Translations under genes and position numbers: made by a program
The notes under the pieces: model-generated
What the model saw: only the letters and a program-made list of their open reading frames with translations
Databases searched by the model: none
Told to the model about the DNA's origin: nothing
Shown here: positions 12,646 through 27,556 of the stretch, one piece after another
How positions within the stretch are numbered: position 1 is the first letter of the stretch
How the letters are laid out: the number at the start of each line of letters is the position of its first letter
Source: Octopus sinensis
Lineage: Eukaryota
Reading direction: 5' to 3'
DNA length: 64,000 nt
NCBI RefSeq assembly: GCF_006345805.1
Contig: NC_042998.1
Span: 127,286,001 to 127,350,000, forward strand

Positions 12646-12922
12646 ATATATGTATTTTTACTATTATCATTTCTTAAATATAGCCACGAAACACGTGTCT
12701 AATTATATACGTTTTATTTATTATTTTGCACATTACTTAATCATCGTTATATGTTTTATCTTATATTTAATATTTCTATAATATATAATCTTTCTAAATG
12801 GTATAATTTAATTTTTCATTATTGAATTGATAAAAGGTGCTTTTTCTAATTTATATATATATTATATTTTGTGAAATTTGATTTAGTATTTCTAAATTGA
12901 ATTTTTCCCCGTAAGTTTGGAA

Positions 12923-12991
<69 letters not shown>

Positions 12992-13009
12992 CATTAATTA
13001 TATATATAT

Positions 13010-13145
13010 AATTAATCAAAGGACATACTAAGTATGTCTACCTGCTGGAAATAACAGTCAAAACTCTTATTTAATTCGATTTAAATAAGAGTTTTAACTG
13101 TTATTTTTAGTAGGTAGACATACTTAGTATATCCTCTGATTAATT
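13010..13145. repeat. Inverted repeat, 65-bp arms, 6-nt loop
   Basis: Arms 13010-13074 and 13081-13145, about 6 mismatches, loop ttcgat. Confidence 0.9.
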
Positions 13146-13527
13146 TTAATCTTTTAGTTCTTTAATGCCATTTTGTGGCCTGCATTCGCCTATACTATTG
13201 ATTCTATTATTATCATTATTAAATTGTTACACTAAATAACATTAGAATCAATGATATCTTTGCAAATTATTTTTTCGGTACATATATATATATATAGAGA
13301 GAGAGAGAAAGAGAGATAGAGAGAGAGTAGTTGTATACTGTCAACTTAACGTGACAGTCCCATAAAGGGAATCACATCACCGCTATTTAGCCCTAGGAAG
13401 CATCAAGGCTTCCTGTCGGCCTTGACACATTTGCTGTGTCCCTATGTTTACAATGGGGAGACAAGCACCCCCAACATCTACGACTGCATCCAGAGACATG
13501 TTTCTGAAATTACATATATATATATGT

Positions 13528-13613
13528 GACCTCTTCAGTGACTCTCCATCCAACGTGTCTCTTCCTGTTTCTCCAGGAGTAGACACGTGGGATGGAGAGT
13601 CGCTGAAGTGGTC
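13528..13613. repeat. Imperfect hairpin, 39-bp arms, 8-nt loop
   Basis: gacctcttcagtgactctccatcc...ggatggagagtcgctgaagtggtc. Confidence 0.85.
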
Positions 13614-15589
13614 TTACGATGTGTGACGAAAGATTTCCATATAAGAATAGTGATAAATCTGAATTGAAGAACGAATATATAAGGCGCGGGTTTATATGGC
13701 AAAACAAAAATTACCATCACGAATATAACAATATATATATTTATATGTCCATAGCAAGACAAGATCTTCTAAAAATTTCTGGTACTATTTATTTATTTAT
13801 TTATTTATAAGTTTATTTATTCACCATAACAAGTATTATCACTTGGCGGCTTGGAATTTTAGAAACACATCCCTTTTTCTCTAAGGCAGAAGAAGCAGTT
13901 TCTTTCAATATGATGGCTTTTGTGATAGAGATTATATTACACATTTGCTACGGAAATTTTTAAGGACTTTTAATGTTTCAGTTGAAGTGGGGAAGAGGGG
14001 CGGCCGATAACATAACTCAGGTGTCAACTTCATTTCAATGGCTCCGACGAAGCTGTATAACATTGCACAAACACTCAGCATTGGGTGCAGGTTATTTATA
14101 GCAGAAATAACTATAAGCTAATGAAAAGGATTAACGAACACTTTTTCATTTGTTATTCATTAATTTCTATCCATGTACAAACACACACACACACACACAC
14201 ACACATTGTTTGTGTGTGTGTGCATTCGTCACATAAATCAACCAGCATTTTCATTAGTAGTAATACTCGATCGATCGATGTGATACGGAAAGCAGATAAT
14301 TATCTTTTCAAACCTTCGTACTTTGCGTAATATATTGCATTTTCAATTTTTAATTCAGTTTCTTGTTTTATCACCCAGAATATGCAATATCACTAAAATA
14401 TATTGCCTTGCAACAAATAATTTTCGTACATATACATGTTGTTCTTTGATCATATGAGCTGAGGAGTGTCACATCGGGCACTTGTAAGTCTAATTACACA
14501 AATACCCCCACCTCTACACGCACATCTACTTATGTGTATATACATACATGAATATTTAAGTGTATATGCATGTATGGATGTATATTTATCATTTATGTAT
14601 GTGTGTATATGTATGTTTGTTCAGACTTTTCAATATGCTACACCACTGGTTTTAAATTGATATTAATCAAATTAATATTCAACTTTTCACCTTTAATATT
14701 TTAAATTTAAATGTAAATAGCTATGTTCTCTAACCGGCAAAATTCACTGAAGAGAATTATTTTCTGCATAATTATTTCCGGTAGTTTGGCGCCCCAAAAC
14801 GAAGACTTTTGGAAAGTGACTCCAATTGTAATTGGTAGAACTGTATACATGTTCAATCTCATGCGGATGTCTCGTGTATAGTTCTACAAATTATATTTGC
14901 AAAGACGATCACACTGACGAGTTTGCAGATGATTACGTAAATGATTACGTAAGCACTAACAACGAAACCTGGATTGTGATTAATCTATATTTTGTATCTT
15001 TTCATTTGTCTTGCTCGCTTACGTTATGGCGTTTGCTAAATTTTCTTGAGAACATTCCTTTCTTAGTGGTAAGACCATAGCGGATCTTCTAGCATAATGG
15101 ATGTCCTGTTACTAGTCATCCCTTTTATATATGTCAACTTCAGATTTTTAAATATGCTAGACCACTGCTTTTAAATTGATATAATCAAAATAATATTCAA
15201 TTTTTCACCCTTATTATTTTAAATTATATATATATATATATGTATGCGTGTGTGTATGTGTTGTGTGTGTGTGTGTGTGTATGTGTGTTTGTGTGTGTAT
15301 CATTAAAAACTGTAGATTTTCTGTCCTTTTGCGTTTCATAAATTGTTGAGGAAACAAAGCAGAATATAAATATTTAATCTAGAATATTAAAGGCGGTGTG
15401 TTGTTTGACGAGCGTTGGATAGAATCCGTTGCATAGTTTTTTTCCGACGTTAACTAAACATTTCGCTTCTTAGAGTCGATAGATAATGTACCAGTTAAGT
15501 TTTGATATAGATTTTGTCTCTCTTCGTCTGTTTCTATCTTACTCTATTTAGGTTTTTCTCTTAGTCTTTCTCCTTCCCTCTCTACCTAC

Positions 15590-15710
15590 CTGTCTATCTA
15601 TTTTTCTCTCTCTTGCTTTCTCTTTCTCTCTTGCTTTCTCTTTCTCTCTTTCTTTCTCTCTACCTATCTGTCTATCTACTTTCCTCTCTCTCGCTTTCTC
15701 TCTCTCTCTT

Positions 15711-15779
<69 letters not shown>
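15590..15779. repeat. (CT)n-rich compound microsatellite
   Basis: Direct reading. Confidence 0.9.
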
Positions 15780-15781
<2 letters not shown>

Positions 15782-17114
15782 AATTCTGAACGTATAATAG
15801 TTTAGTGTGTTGTGAGTTGAGTATTTATGGGAATCACAATACGTAGATCGTGCTAGAAGTTTCCTTTGAAAAGGATACTTCTAATTGACATATAGACTGC
15901 ATGTCCTGGTAGAGTTTAGCTCTTCCGTTTTTGTTCGTATGTGACCTGGCTAAATTAAGTAATTGAGTATCACTGTTGTCTAACGAATGGCTCGATACAA
16001 ATGGCTGATTATAGATTCATAGCTCTTAAACATAAATCTGGTTTTAGTCAACCTGACAAATGGCGTTTGTACAATATGGATTTTACACGGATGCGTCTAT
16101 GATGAAGTCAAAATTTCACACCTGCAATCATTATTGGTGAATAAAATAAATATCATTTTCACATACGATGGAAAATTGTATATGCAGATGTCATAGAAAA
16201 TGTGCGATACAAAAGAAGCTAGAAAAGGGGTACATTTGAATTCGTACAATCAGTATTGTGAACTTTCGGTAGATTTAAGTGAAAGTATATTCAATTTTTT
16301 ATTTTTGGAAACTAATAAAATATATTCATCGGTTACAGTGCAGGGACAAAATAAATAAGAAAATTGAACCACTACAAATCTCAGGTTTCAAGACATGTTA
16401 TTCCAGTGGAAGATGACAGAAAATGTGTCACAGTTTAAAAGTTAGAAGCTCGAAGAATTCTACTACGAGCGATTTGAGCACAGAATTTCCTGCGCCCACA
16501 TGTTCACAATCAAACGGCAGCTCAGATATATCCCCTGGAATGTCGAATTCACTACTACTAAAAGCAGAATTGTTAGACCACAAAAATACAACTAAATTGA
16601 GCGTATCGGTCTTCTTCGGAGTGCTCCCTATATTATTTAATGACAAGTAAAACTAAGTTGGAAATGTATTTTTTAAAGATCGATGGAATATCTATCCCCA
16701 TTGAAGACAATTGTGAGAATTCCTCTATCAAAAGACATGGTTGGATACCAATAAAATGAACAAAAGAGTCCGTAAAACAAGTGATACCCTGAGAGATAGT
16801 CAGAAAGTTTAGCAATGAAATAGAAACCACGACTAATATGTCTGTGGATCCAGACATCATTTTACTCAATTACTTAGGCTTTGTAGACAGTAATGCTGAT
16901 GAGACTAATCATGTTCCTAATTTTTGGCAACAATACGAACCAGTGACCCTAGAAACCTTACCTAACTTTTTACAGAATCGACCGCACACATGCGGAACTA
17001 ATGATACTATAAACGATTATTCACCACCTGCTCAAATAATCAGTTTGAGGTAACATTGATGCAATGAACATAATTCCGATGAGATTTCAGTTAAATAGTT
17101 GTCAGGTACAAAAG

Positions 17115-17153
17115 TGGTATGTATATATGTATATATGTATGTATGTATGTATG

Positions 17154-17185
<32 letters not shown>

Positions 17186-17310
17186 TGTGTGTATGTATGT
17201 ATGTACATACGTACGTATGTATGTATGTATGTATGTATGTATGTATGCATGCATGTATGCATGTATGTATGTGAGAGAGTGAGTGTGTGTGTACGCGTGT
17301 GCTTGTATGT
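17115..17310. repeat. (TATG)n/(TG)n microsatellite
   Basis: Direct reading. Confidence 0.9.
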
Positions 17311-19069
17311 GTATGTGTGTTGATTTCCATAGGTTCTTAAATCTTATAATCTAAACACTTATCTTTAGTAATTACACCTGGATCTCAGTATGCTAACAGT
17401 ATTATGTTTCATCACCTGTTCAAATTAGCCTAAGATATTTCCTTCATGCTTAATCCTACTTTCTTTTTTTTCTGTCAGACAATCGTTTAACTGAAATCTA
17501 ATACAATTTACATATTGGAATTTGATTTAACGCATTCTTCATATTACTCACCACAAAACTTGTTAGGTTGCTTCTGTTCATTAATCATTCGTGGTTAATT
17601 ATATAAACACCTTTTTTAATAACATTAACAAATACAGTATTTAATTGGTGAATGTTACTCTTAAACATTTACTCAACACTATTCATACATCTCTCTTCTA
17701 TTTTGAATGAAAAATTATACACATCCAATCTCTGAAAATATCGTCTGAATTTTGGATAGATAAGTATTAGGTATCTCCATTTTCAACAAGCCATTAAATA
17801 GATTGTCAATGTTTAAAAATTGACTATTTATCAGTCTCCGTATTTTTAAACATAAATATATTATGGCAATTTCCTTCATTAATACTATGTACCAATTATC
17901 ATTACACTTTTTCTCTTCTTCTATTTTCTGTATTCCTACAGTTTATATAAAAACAATAATAATCGTGCTATCGATTTTGCGAAAAGGGGAGATTTCAAAC
18001 TGCCGACAGTCTTATAAACATAACGTCATTCACTCTGTTATTACTCGTTCAGCTTTCAGGTCCTTATGTACAAACACTAATTTATGTATACATACAAATG
18101 CAGACACGCACACACACATACACGAACAGAATATATATATATATATATGGGGGGGGGGTTGAAATGCACCTGAAATTGAAAATCGTGTTGTTTTTAAATA
18201 GATTTATTCACATACGTACCAAACTAGTTTCAGCAATTTTTTTTTGGTTTGTCAATGGTACAAATATATGTATATAACAAGGGAATTTTAACAGAGTTTA
18301 AAACTAAAAAAATAGAAATCGAACAAACATGTTTAAACGATCAGATGATTGTTTCATAGGGATAGATAATATCAAGGTAAATGTTCGGCGAAGAATATAA
18401 CAAATCTACATAACTGAAAGTTCAGCCATATTGGGTTTTTATAGAATATGTGGACATGTTAGAGAAGAAACAGGGAAAACAGTGAAAAAAAATGTTTTTA
18501 CAACTTCTGTCATCGTACATGTAGTTCTTTTTTTCCGTCGCCTACTGATTCCTTCGCTTTTCACGGTGTCTGTTAGGAATTTAAAAATATTTTGTGTATA
18601 TATTTTTACGCGAAATTATCTAATTTCTGACTGTTTATAATTTTGATGACGTCTTATTTTTTCTGGTGGATGTTTTAGGTAAAAAAAATACATTCTGTTT
18701 TAGCATTAGTGTTTTGGCTGTTTGGGTGGTTGGTTGGCTGGTTACCGGTACATAGGACATTTAGTAAACTATCAACATCTTTTTTACGTCTGCTTGACAT
18801 CGAATTCTTGTAACGTTGGCTATCTCCCTTGTATTTTTCTTGTCTTCTTCTTTGCAAGCGTCTCTTGTTTAAACATCCGATCTGCTGAAACTGTTCAAAT
18901 GGCAACAAGCAAACCGTCTTGTTTTCAGCTTGGTAAATGGTGGAATAAATTATTATTTCGACCAGGAAACCCTGTGTATCTGCATTTACAAGATTTGCGG
19001 TTTTCTTTTTAATTTTAAGTTTATCTTTACTCTGTTAGGTGATAAGTGTTTTCTATTTTTTGAAGTGTT

Positions 19070-19136
<67 letters not shown>

Positions 19137-19896
19137 ATATATATAACTATGGGTACGCATGTGCGAGTACATGAATGTATGATTATATGCAGATGAAATA
19201 TATTTCCCACATCCTCACCAAGTTTCGTAACAAATGCTCTAATAAACTACGAGATGGTGATGATAATAATCAAACTAGACATGAATATATTATTGATACT
19301 TTTATTTTTTATCAATCCAGAAACAGTTATTAACCCTCTGAAACTTGATTTCAGAATAAAGAAACAATGATGAAAGTAAAATATAATACTCTTGTATCTT
19401 AGGTTGAAGCAAGTATCTCTCCTATTGTCTTTATAATTCGAACTTGTTTATATGCCGATGTATTTAGCTAATATTGAACCAAATATTAACGAATAAGATT
19501 TTCTCTCAACATGAATGGCTTGTATTTTAATATTTTTTTCTTTTACCGAATACAGACATTTTTTTTTGTGTCTGAGGAACTGAAATAACAAGGAATTTTT
19601 TGTCAATATATTTCTATTAAACTGTTCCTATAACGGATTTCCTTTCTATCTAATATGTATTTGTGATTGTTTCAACTTTCACCTATCATTTATCAAAATA
19701 ACATGCTTTAAAATAAAATAGCGAAGAAAAATATACATATGTATATTACTGAATAACCACCGATAAATAGTTATAGTTAATATATTCATTATTTTTCTGA
19801 GATGGAAAAGTGGAAATTCCAGGAAATGAGCAAAGTGTACTGTCGGCAATGCATAGTGATCCATAATCTAATAAAAGTTTATAGAACATTGTTATA

Positions 19897-20010
19897 GGCG
19901 CAGGAGTGGCTGTGTGGTAAGTAGCTTTCTTACCAGCGACATAGTTCCGAGTTCAGGGCACCTTCGGCAAATGTCTTCTACTATAGCCTGGAAGCCCGTG
20001 ATATATATAT

Positions 20011-20083
<73 letters not shown>

Positions 20084-20380
20084 ATATATTTGTGTGTGTG
20101 TGTGTATGTGTGTGTGTGTGTGTGTGTATTTGAAAGAAGCCGATCGCATATATATACATGTATGTATATATTGTGTGTCCTTGTTTGTCCCCTCAACATC
20201 GCTTGACAATCGATGCTGGTATGTTTACGTCCCCGTCATCTAACGGTTCGGCATGAAAAACTGATAGAGTAAGTACTAGGCTTACATAGAATAAGTCCTT
20301 GGGTCGATTTGCTCGACTAAAGGTGGTGCTACAGCATGGCCGCAGTCGAATGACTGAAACAAATAAAAGAATAAAAGAAT
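19897..20380 (+). mobile_element. tRNA-derived SINE family B with expanded internal (TA)n/(TG)n
   Basis: ggcgcaggagtggctgtgtggtaag head, gttccgagttcag B-box-like motif, 3' body ending gactgaaacaaataaaagaataaaaga. Confidence 0.7.
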
Positions 20381-20474
20381 ATCTTATCTTCTCTGTCATT
20401 ATGTCTCTCTCTTCGCTCTCTTTCGTCCTGTCTCTCTTTCTTCTCTCTCCTCTTCTCCTGGTAATATATGTATG

Positions 20475-20553
<79 letters not shown>

Positions 20554-21439
20554 ATGGCACAAGAAGGCAAAACAGCCGGACAGCTAGGTGATACAAAACG
20601 GGACAACAAAATATCCAGATAGATGATACAAAGAAAACAAGGACGGGTCATTCGAAGTTTTTTTCCTCAGTCAAGCACCAGATTATCCTCGCAATTTTGT
20701 CTCATTATGCTTCAGATTACTCCAATCTGGCGAGCCCCGAGGCAAAACTACGCTAAGAGCATTAGATTCCTTGGAAGAAAGCAGCGAATGCATACAAAAA
20801 CAAGGACGGAAAAACAACGGACAGTGTTACACAAATATAAATACAATAAAAATACAATAAAAATAATAACAGGACATAACAACAGATGTCTTTCGACTAA
20901 GGACGAATTGAATTAAGCTGGCGCGTGTGGAAATGAAGCCTTACGGAAGAGATACATAATTTTCACAAACACAGGGAAGGATATCGATGTTGCACGGATA
21001 ACGGTTAGATCAAGAAAGAAGGAGCAGGCTTGGCCGAACAGTCACGTGAGAAGAGAAAGGAGAGAAATAGAAGTAGAGGGACAGAAGAATTAAGAGGGGG
21101 AAAGAAGAGAGAGAAGTAGAAGCAGAGGGACAGAAGAATTAAGGAGGGGCGAAGAAAATGACAGGGACACAGTGAAGTGAAAAGTGGAGGGAAAGTGAGT
21201 AAGAAGAGAAGGCAAAGAACTGTAAGAGAGGGGGAACGAAAGAACGAAGAGTGAAATGAACGAACAAGCGCGAAAGGGCGGATTGACAGAAATAGAGTCG
21301 TACAATATTTTGAAAAATGTGTACTTACATATAAGAAGCCAAAGTGTACGTACGCAGCTATATATATATAAGTTCAGCAAAAATTTAGATTCAAATGAAT
21401 ATGGGACTTAATTTAGATGCACCAGTATATTGTATGGTG

Positions 21440-22661
21440 TTGTCCATAAAAATTCGTGGGGTGATTATAATCAGAATAAGCAACAAGAATGACTCCGGTA
21501 ATTTGGTACGATCGTTTCGTACTACATCAGTTTATTAAATGTTGTAAGTATTACAACAGATTTAAGATACTGAGTACTCATCAGACAATTATGGAGGTTT
21601 TCCATTAATACAAAAATGAAGTGGCAACATTATAGAGAAGGTAGATATATAGACAAAAATGTGGATTTAAATTTAAAGAACATATGAGGTAGTGGAATCC
21701 CTCAACTGACTGACTAAAATTTGGTTGTTCCAGACTGCTGTAAAGTTGTGAGGAATAAGTTGAAGGAAGCAATAAAGATTTTCTAATTATATAAATGGGG
21801 TAAAGGGGGTTTCAGAGCTCCATACTAGGAATTCATGTGGAAGACAGCAATTGTCACTACTAAATGCCAATTACTACTAGTTGATGAGAGAACTAGGTCA
21901 ATGTCAAGTGGTCCTTATTTGATTAGAAAGAATTAAAATTTGAAAAATATAGGAATACTCACAAAATTAATATTTCAAGTATTTAAACGTTCGGGTTGTA
22001 CGATGTATACAAGATTCTCCCAACTCGAAACGGTTATTCAACAGATTTGTATTACTCTGATGTTTCCATAGAACAAAGTTGACAACCATCCCTACTATTT
22101 CTATAAGGTTTCACCCTTCTTACTATATCCCATTTTTGGTTGAATTCTATATTATTTGTTTTTAGTTCCCAAATTTTACTAGATAATGTTGTGCAACCTG
22201 CCTTATGTTTGAGTCTAAAAGAGGGAAAATGATTGTTAAGACGTCTTTTAAAATCCACCGAACAACCAAAATAAAGAAAGCTATTGTTAGAAGTTATTAT
22301 CGTGCATTTATAAATTACATTTTGGACCGAACAACGACCAGATACCAGACGTTTTGATCTAATCCTACAATTACAACTGGGGGAAAGTGTCCGGTACTGG
22401 AATTATTTAAGGACAGTTCAATTTCATTACTGTTATTTAAATTATTATTAGTATTAGTATTATTTTCATTATTAGTAATTACGTTGTTATGCAAATTAGG
22501 GTTACTAGTTATTAATCCATCCTCACAATCATCACCTACCATACTTTTATCTATACTACCTATATTATCGGTATTGTTATTATCACTATTTACATCAATG
22601 TTGTTATTATTATTATTATCATCATCATTATTAATATTATTTTTATTATTACCATTATTAC

Positions 22662-22736
<75 letters not shown>

Positions 22737-23230
22737 GCTATTATTATTATTATTATTATTATTACTATTATTATTGCTATTTTTACAATTATTATTACTA
22801 TCATTGTTGTTACTATTCATTCTACTCCTGGCTAACTTAATGTTTTTACTATTAAGTCTAGCTATTATGGTAGCCATGTTTGTGAGAGTGGAATATGAAA
22901 TCCTCACTGATTTCTTAGAAATTATTTTATGATATTTATGGGAGGCTGGGAAATTTTTTTCCAGTATAGATCTAAATCTACTGTACACATTCGTCGAGAT
23001 CGTTTAATTAAAGGGGATATTTAGCCAAATGACATTTTCTCTTTTATATTTTTTGTTTAAGTAAGAGTGGGAAGGATTAGTGTTAGCAGTATTCGGACGA
23101 TAATTATTATTCCTTTTAGTACTATTTTTATGCCTATCGGGTTTATCTAGGTTAGCATTTTCATATTTATTTATGATCTGTTTACTATTTCTATTCTTAT
23201 AATTAGGTTTATACACTAGGTTCTTTTTCT
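21440..23230 (-). mobile_element. 5'-truncated Penelope-like element (RT thumb, GIY-YIG, 3' region), tentatively Naiad-like
   Basis: RENVIWLNIPFN; NFPASHKYHKIISKKSVRISYS; CNCR...SGRCSVQNVIYKCTI...LYFGCSVDFKRRLNNH...LSSKIWELK...CQLC; LLNNRFEL...CIHR. Confidence 0.8.
21500..21590 (-). ncRNA. Type I hammerhead ribozyme fold in the PLE 3' region
   Basis: Minus strand: CTGATGA-GTACT...AGTAC-GAA-ACGATCGT-A; palindromic helix III, GUA triplet; stem I partly decayed. Confidence 0.7.
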
Positions 23231-23500
23231 CAATTTATGTTTATGTAGGGTATGAGAGTCTATATTACTTACGTCATTTACATTCACTATATTATTTATT
23301 TTTGACCAACTTATCCTTGCATCCATATGGATTTCTTTTACAACCTTTTTGAGTTTGTGGAAAGATAGATTTCTGTTCGACGAAAGTGTATATTCTTTCA
23401 GTTAGTATCATTTTTCGTGTCTTCAGTATTTGGTAGAATGCAATTATTATTATTGTTATTACAATTATTATCATTATTATTATTGTTATTGTTGTTGTTG

Positions 23501-23574
<74 letters not shown>

Positions 23575-23577
<3 letters not shown>

Positions 23578-23740
23578 TAGTTTTATTTTTATAGCGTGCT
23601 TTCACTTCACTACCGAGCGCAGCTCTGTGTGCCCTGGGTATGTGCTGTGATTTGTTGTGATGCTCTGATGGTTACTATATTGAAAGTGTTTTGCACAGGA
23701 TGTGTGCAGTGCCCAGTAGTGCAATTTTATGCATGTTATA
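23575..23740 (-). mobile_element. Dong/R4 3'-terminal fragment within (TAA)n
   Basis: HKIALLGTAHILCKTLSI* plus a short UTR, with (TTA)n on both sides. Confidence 0.65.
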
Positions 23741-23851
<111 letters not shown>

Positions 23852-24319
23852 TATTATTACTGCATGAGAGAGCAGCACATTCCGTCAAGGTGACACTGAG
23901 TTTCAAATATACGAAACCCAATATACCCATTATGACTACCTATCTGATAAGGGTACACATGGCATACGCGACACAACCATATGTACGCAACATAGTGATC
24001 TCATGAATAAGGTTTGAAGAATGAAACACTCATGTTTCCAGTGGTGAATTATCCAAACCCCAAATAATTCCTCTCAGCACATGGCTTCTACTTCTGCTCG
24101 TGATCAGAGATGCATATATCATCAGCTACTAACGGACATGCTCAACTGGCTATGGTCAAGCAACGGATCAGCGAATCTGTGATTTTTAGCAGATTAATTG
24201 CTGTAGCCCATCTTTTAATCGAAAACATGTACATGATAACAGTCCCACACGGTTAGGGTCAAAAACCATGAAAGCTACTGCCTGGTACTGCATCAGGGCA
24301 TTTCATCATCATCATCATC

Positions 24320-24941
<622 letters not shown>

Positions 24942-25966
24942 TAATAATAATAATAATAATAATATATATTCTTCTTCTTCATCATCATTATCTTCTTCTT
25001 CTTCTTCTTCTTCTTCTTCTTCTTCTTCTTCTTCTGCAGTAGTAGTATTAGTTGTTGTATTTCCTTTGCTATTGATTACGAGGAACATACCTCATAGTGG
25101 TTACATAAGACAGTTTTGTTGAAAATTTACGATCATTACTTTTTTTCTAAACGAGTCACACGTTACTGTCAATTCTACTAATTGACAGATTTTGTCTTCT
25201 AATTTCAGGAATACCGTCTCGCCAGTTAAACTACGATGTTTCTATCACTGGTAATGGGACACTCCCAGAGGTGGTATACTGATAATGGCTAGTTGATGGC
25301 TGATATAATTTGCAAGATTTATCACTGACTTGCATGTTTATGTGGTTGAATTTTGTCCAGTGGAAATATCGACTACTTCGGTTATGTTAGTTTACAGAGA
25401 AAAATGTAATCAATATTGGTTATCGTGTGGTGGGATGATCACGTGTGTCTCTGCACCGGAAACAAAAGCCTATTCGAGTGGGTGCTGAAAAATTGCTGGG
25501 TTTAAGGATATCACAAAAGGCCTGATTGGAGGCCGAAGATTCCGGGTTCTTTTACGAGGTGTAGGAAAGCTGAAGGACTGCTGCAGTAAGTGTGTGAGTC
25601 TGAGAGGGGAATATTTTGAATAAAATCATAGCTGATCCTCCTGTATTTTCTTTTACCCAAAGCCAGGTATTTTCAGCACGCCCTCGTATTAAACATTTTT
25701 ATTGCATTTCAATGTCTTTTAGGCTTTGTTCTACTTCTTTAAATAAGGGTATTTCATATTTCGCTTCAAATCAAGATTTTGTGTATGTACTCCCATTGAA
25801 AACTGTCCAAACACCATATTCATAGAATATGTATTCTTTCCTTTACCAGGATTGTTAACTTGCCACTGTGGTTAATAGTGTATACGTTAATAACCATCAA
25901 CACAGGATAAATTCATCATCATCGTCGTCGTCATCATCATCATCATCATCATCATCATTATTATTA

Positions 25967-26035
<69 letters not shown>

Positions 26036-26711
26036 GAGTAGGAGTAGTAGTAGTAGTAAGGGTAGTTGTTATTGTTATTTGTTGTTGTTGCTGCTCTTGC
26101 ATTTTTATTATTATATATATATATCAACCATTATTAATGTTAAAAACAGTAATACTGAGGTGGTTTGTTCTTCATATTGTTTCTTAAATGCTTTTGGGTG
26201 CGTCACGTTTTCGGTAGGTATCATTTTATTGTTTCTAACAGCGACAAGCAAGGAGTCACCCTGTTGCTTCATGTACAATCCCAGACTGTTCTCGCTAGCA
26301 AAGACTTCTAACTAAACAGGTATAGTATGAAATATTTGAATAAATGTAGGGTAAATATACCGCTTGCCAAAGATTAAAGCGAAACCACCAATACTACGAT
26401 AAATACACGAACGAGCAATGCAATGAACACTTTAAAAATAGGCCTATCTTCAGGATGGAATTTGAAGATAATTTACATATCCCAATATCAATTGATTTCA
26501 TGCTGCGCATGAGAAAACATGCTTTGTAATCCTCAGTTGAAGATAGTAACATCCATTTCCAAAATATTTACTGCGTCAACTCGTGTGCGTTTCTAACTTT
26601 AAACGTCCCGCTCCGTTTAAAAGAAAACTATCGTAAATAATAAAATAGCAAATATATAAAATATATATACAAATATATAAAAGACTTCCGCCTAAACAGG
26701 TATAATAGGAA

Positions 26712-26795
<84 letters not shown>

Positions 26796-27326
26796 TATTA
26801 AAGAGATCTAGTTATATGTTTTATAAAAATATATGTTATTGTTATTTATGTTTTGGTTTTATGTCTATTACCCTTTGAGATGTATAATAGTGGTTTTATC
26901 TCTAATTTATATTATATTTTATTTTATATATATATGCATGTGTGTGTGTGTGTGTGTGTCTGTGTGTGTGTGTGTGTGTGTGTGTACAGGAAGTGTGTCT
27001 GAATATTTTGAAACCTCGCAGTGTTGGCCGCAATGAATCTGCACAGGAATTTCTGTTATATGAAACTTAGAATTTTTAAGATTTACTTATACTTCAAAAG
27101 ACTTAGCTCTCATAGAAACGTTATATGCTGTCGTCATTAATAGATACGAGTAATATGTTTACATTGTAACCATATTGGAACTGTATCATGAAAGAGTTAT
27201 CTAATAAATCGCGAAAGAGTTAGACGACAAAAACTTTCATATCTCATGAAATATGGATGTGGCAATAGAGATAATCAGAATGTAGTCACTGGAGACAGAA
27301 ACAATCTTTAATATTAGGTGTCTTAA

Positions 27327-27543
27327 GGGCAGGCAGCCGGCAGAGTGGTTAACACGCCTGGCGAAATGCTTAGCGAAAATTCGCATGCCTTTATGTTTGA
27401 GTTCAGATTCCGACGGGGTCGACTTTGCCTTTCATTCTTTTGGTGTTGGTAAAACAAGTACCAATTATGCACTGATGTCGATGTAATCGACTAACTTCCT
27501 TCCTTAAACCGGCTAGACTCGTGCCAAAATTTGAAACCAATAT
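27327..27543 (+). mobile_element. SINE family A (first of a tandem pair)
   Basis: Head, gtcgactttgcctttc core and gccaaaatttgaaacc tail. Confidence 0.7.
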
Positions 27544-27556
27544 TAGGTGCTTTTAA

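Noticed and set aside
14455-14500. CTGAGGA followed by a GTGTC/GGCAC hairpin
   Set aside because: No GAAA follows, so there is no hammerhead core.
14627-15225. ~80-bp AT-rich direct repeat (14627-14706 / 15147-15225)
   Set aside because: It is real but short and low-complexity, with no termini or function evident.
25200-25300. Possible host exon after tttcag
   Set aside because: It is short, has no recognisable product and has no supporting neighbouring exons.
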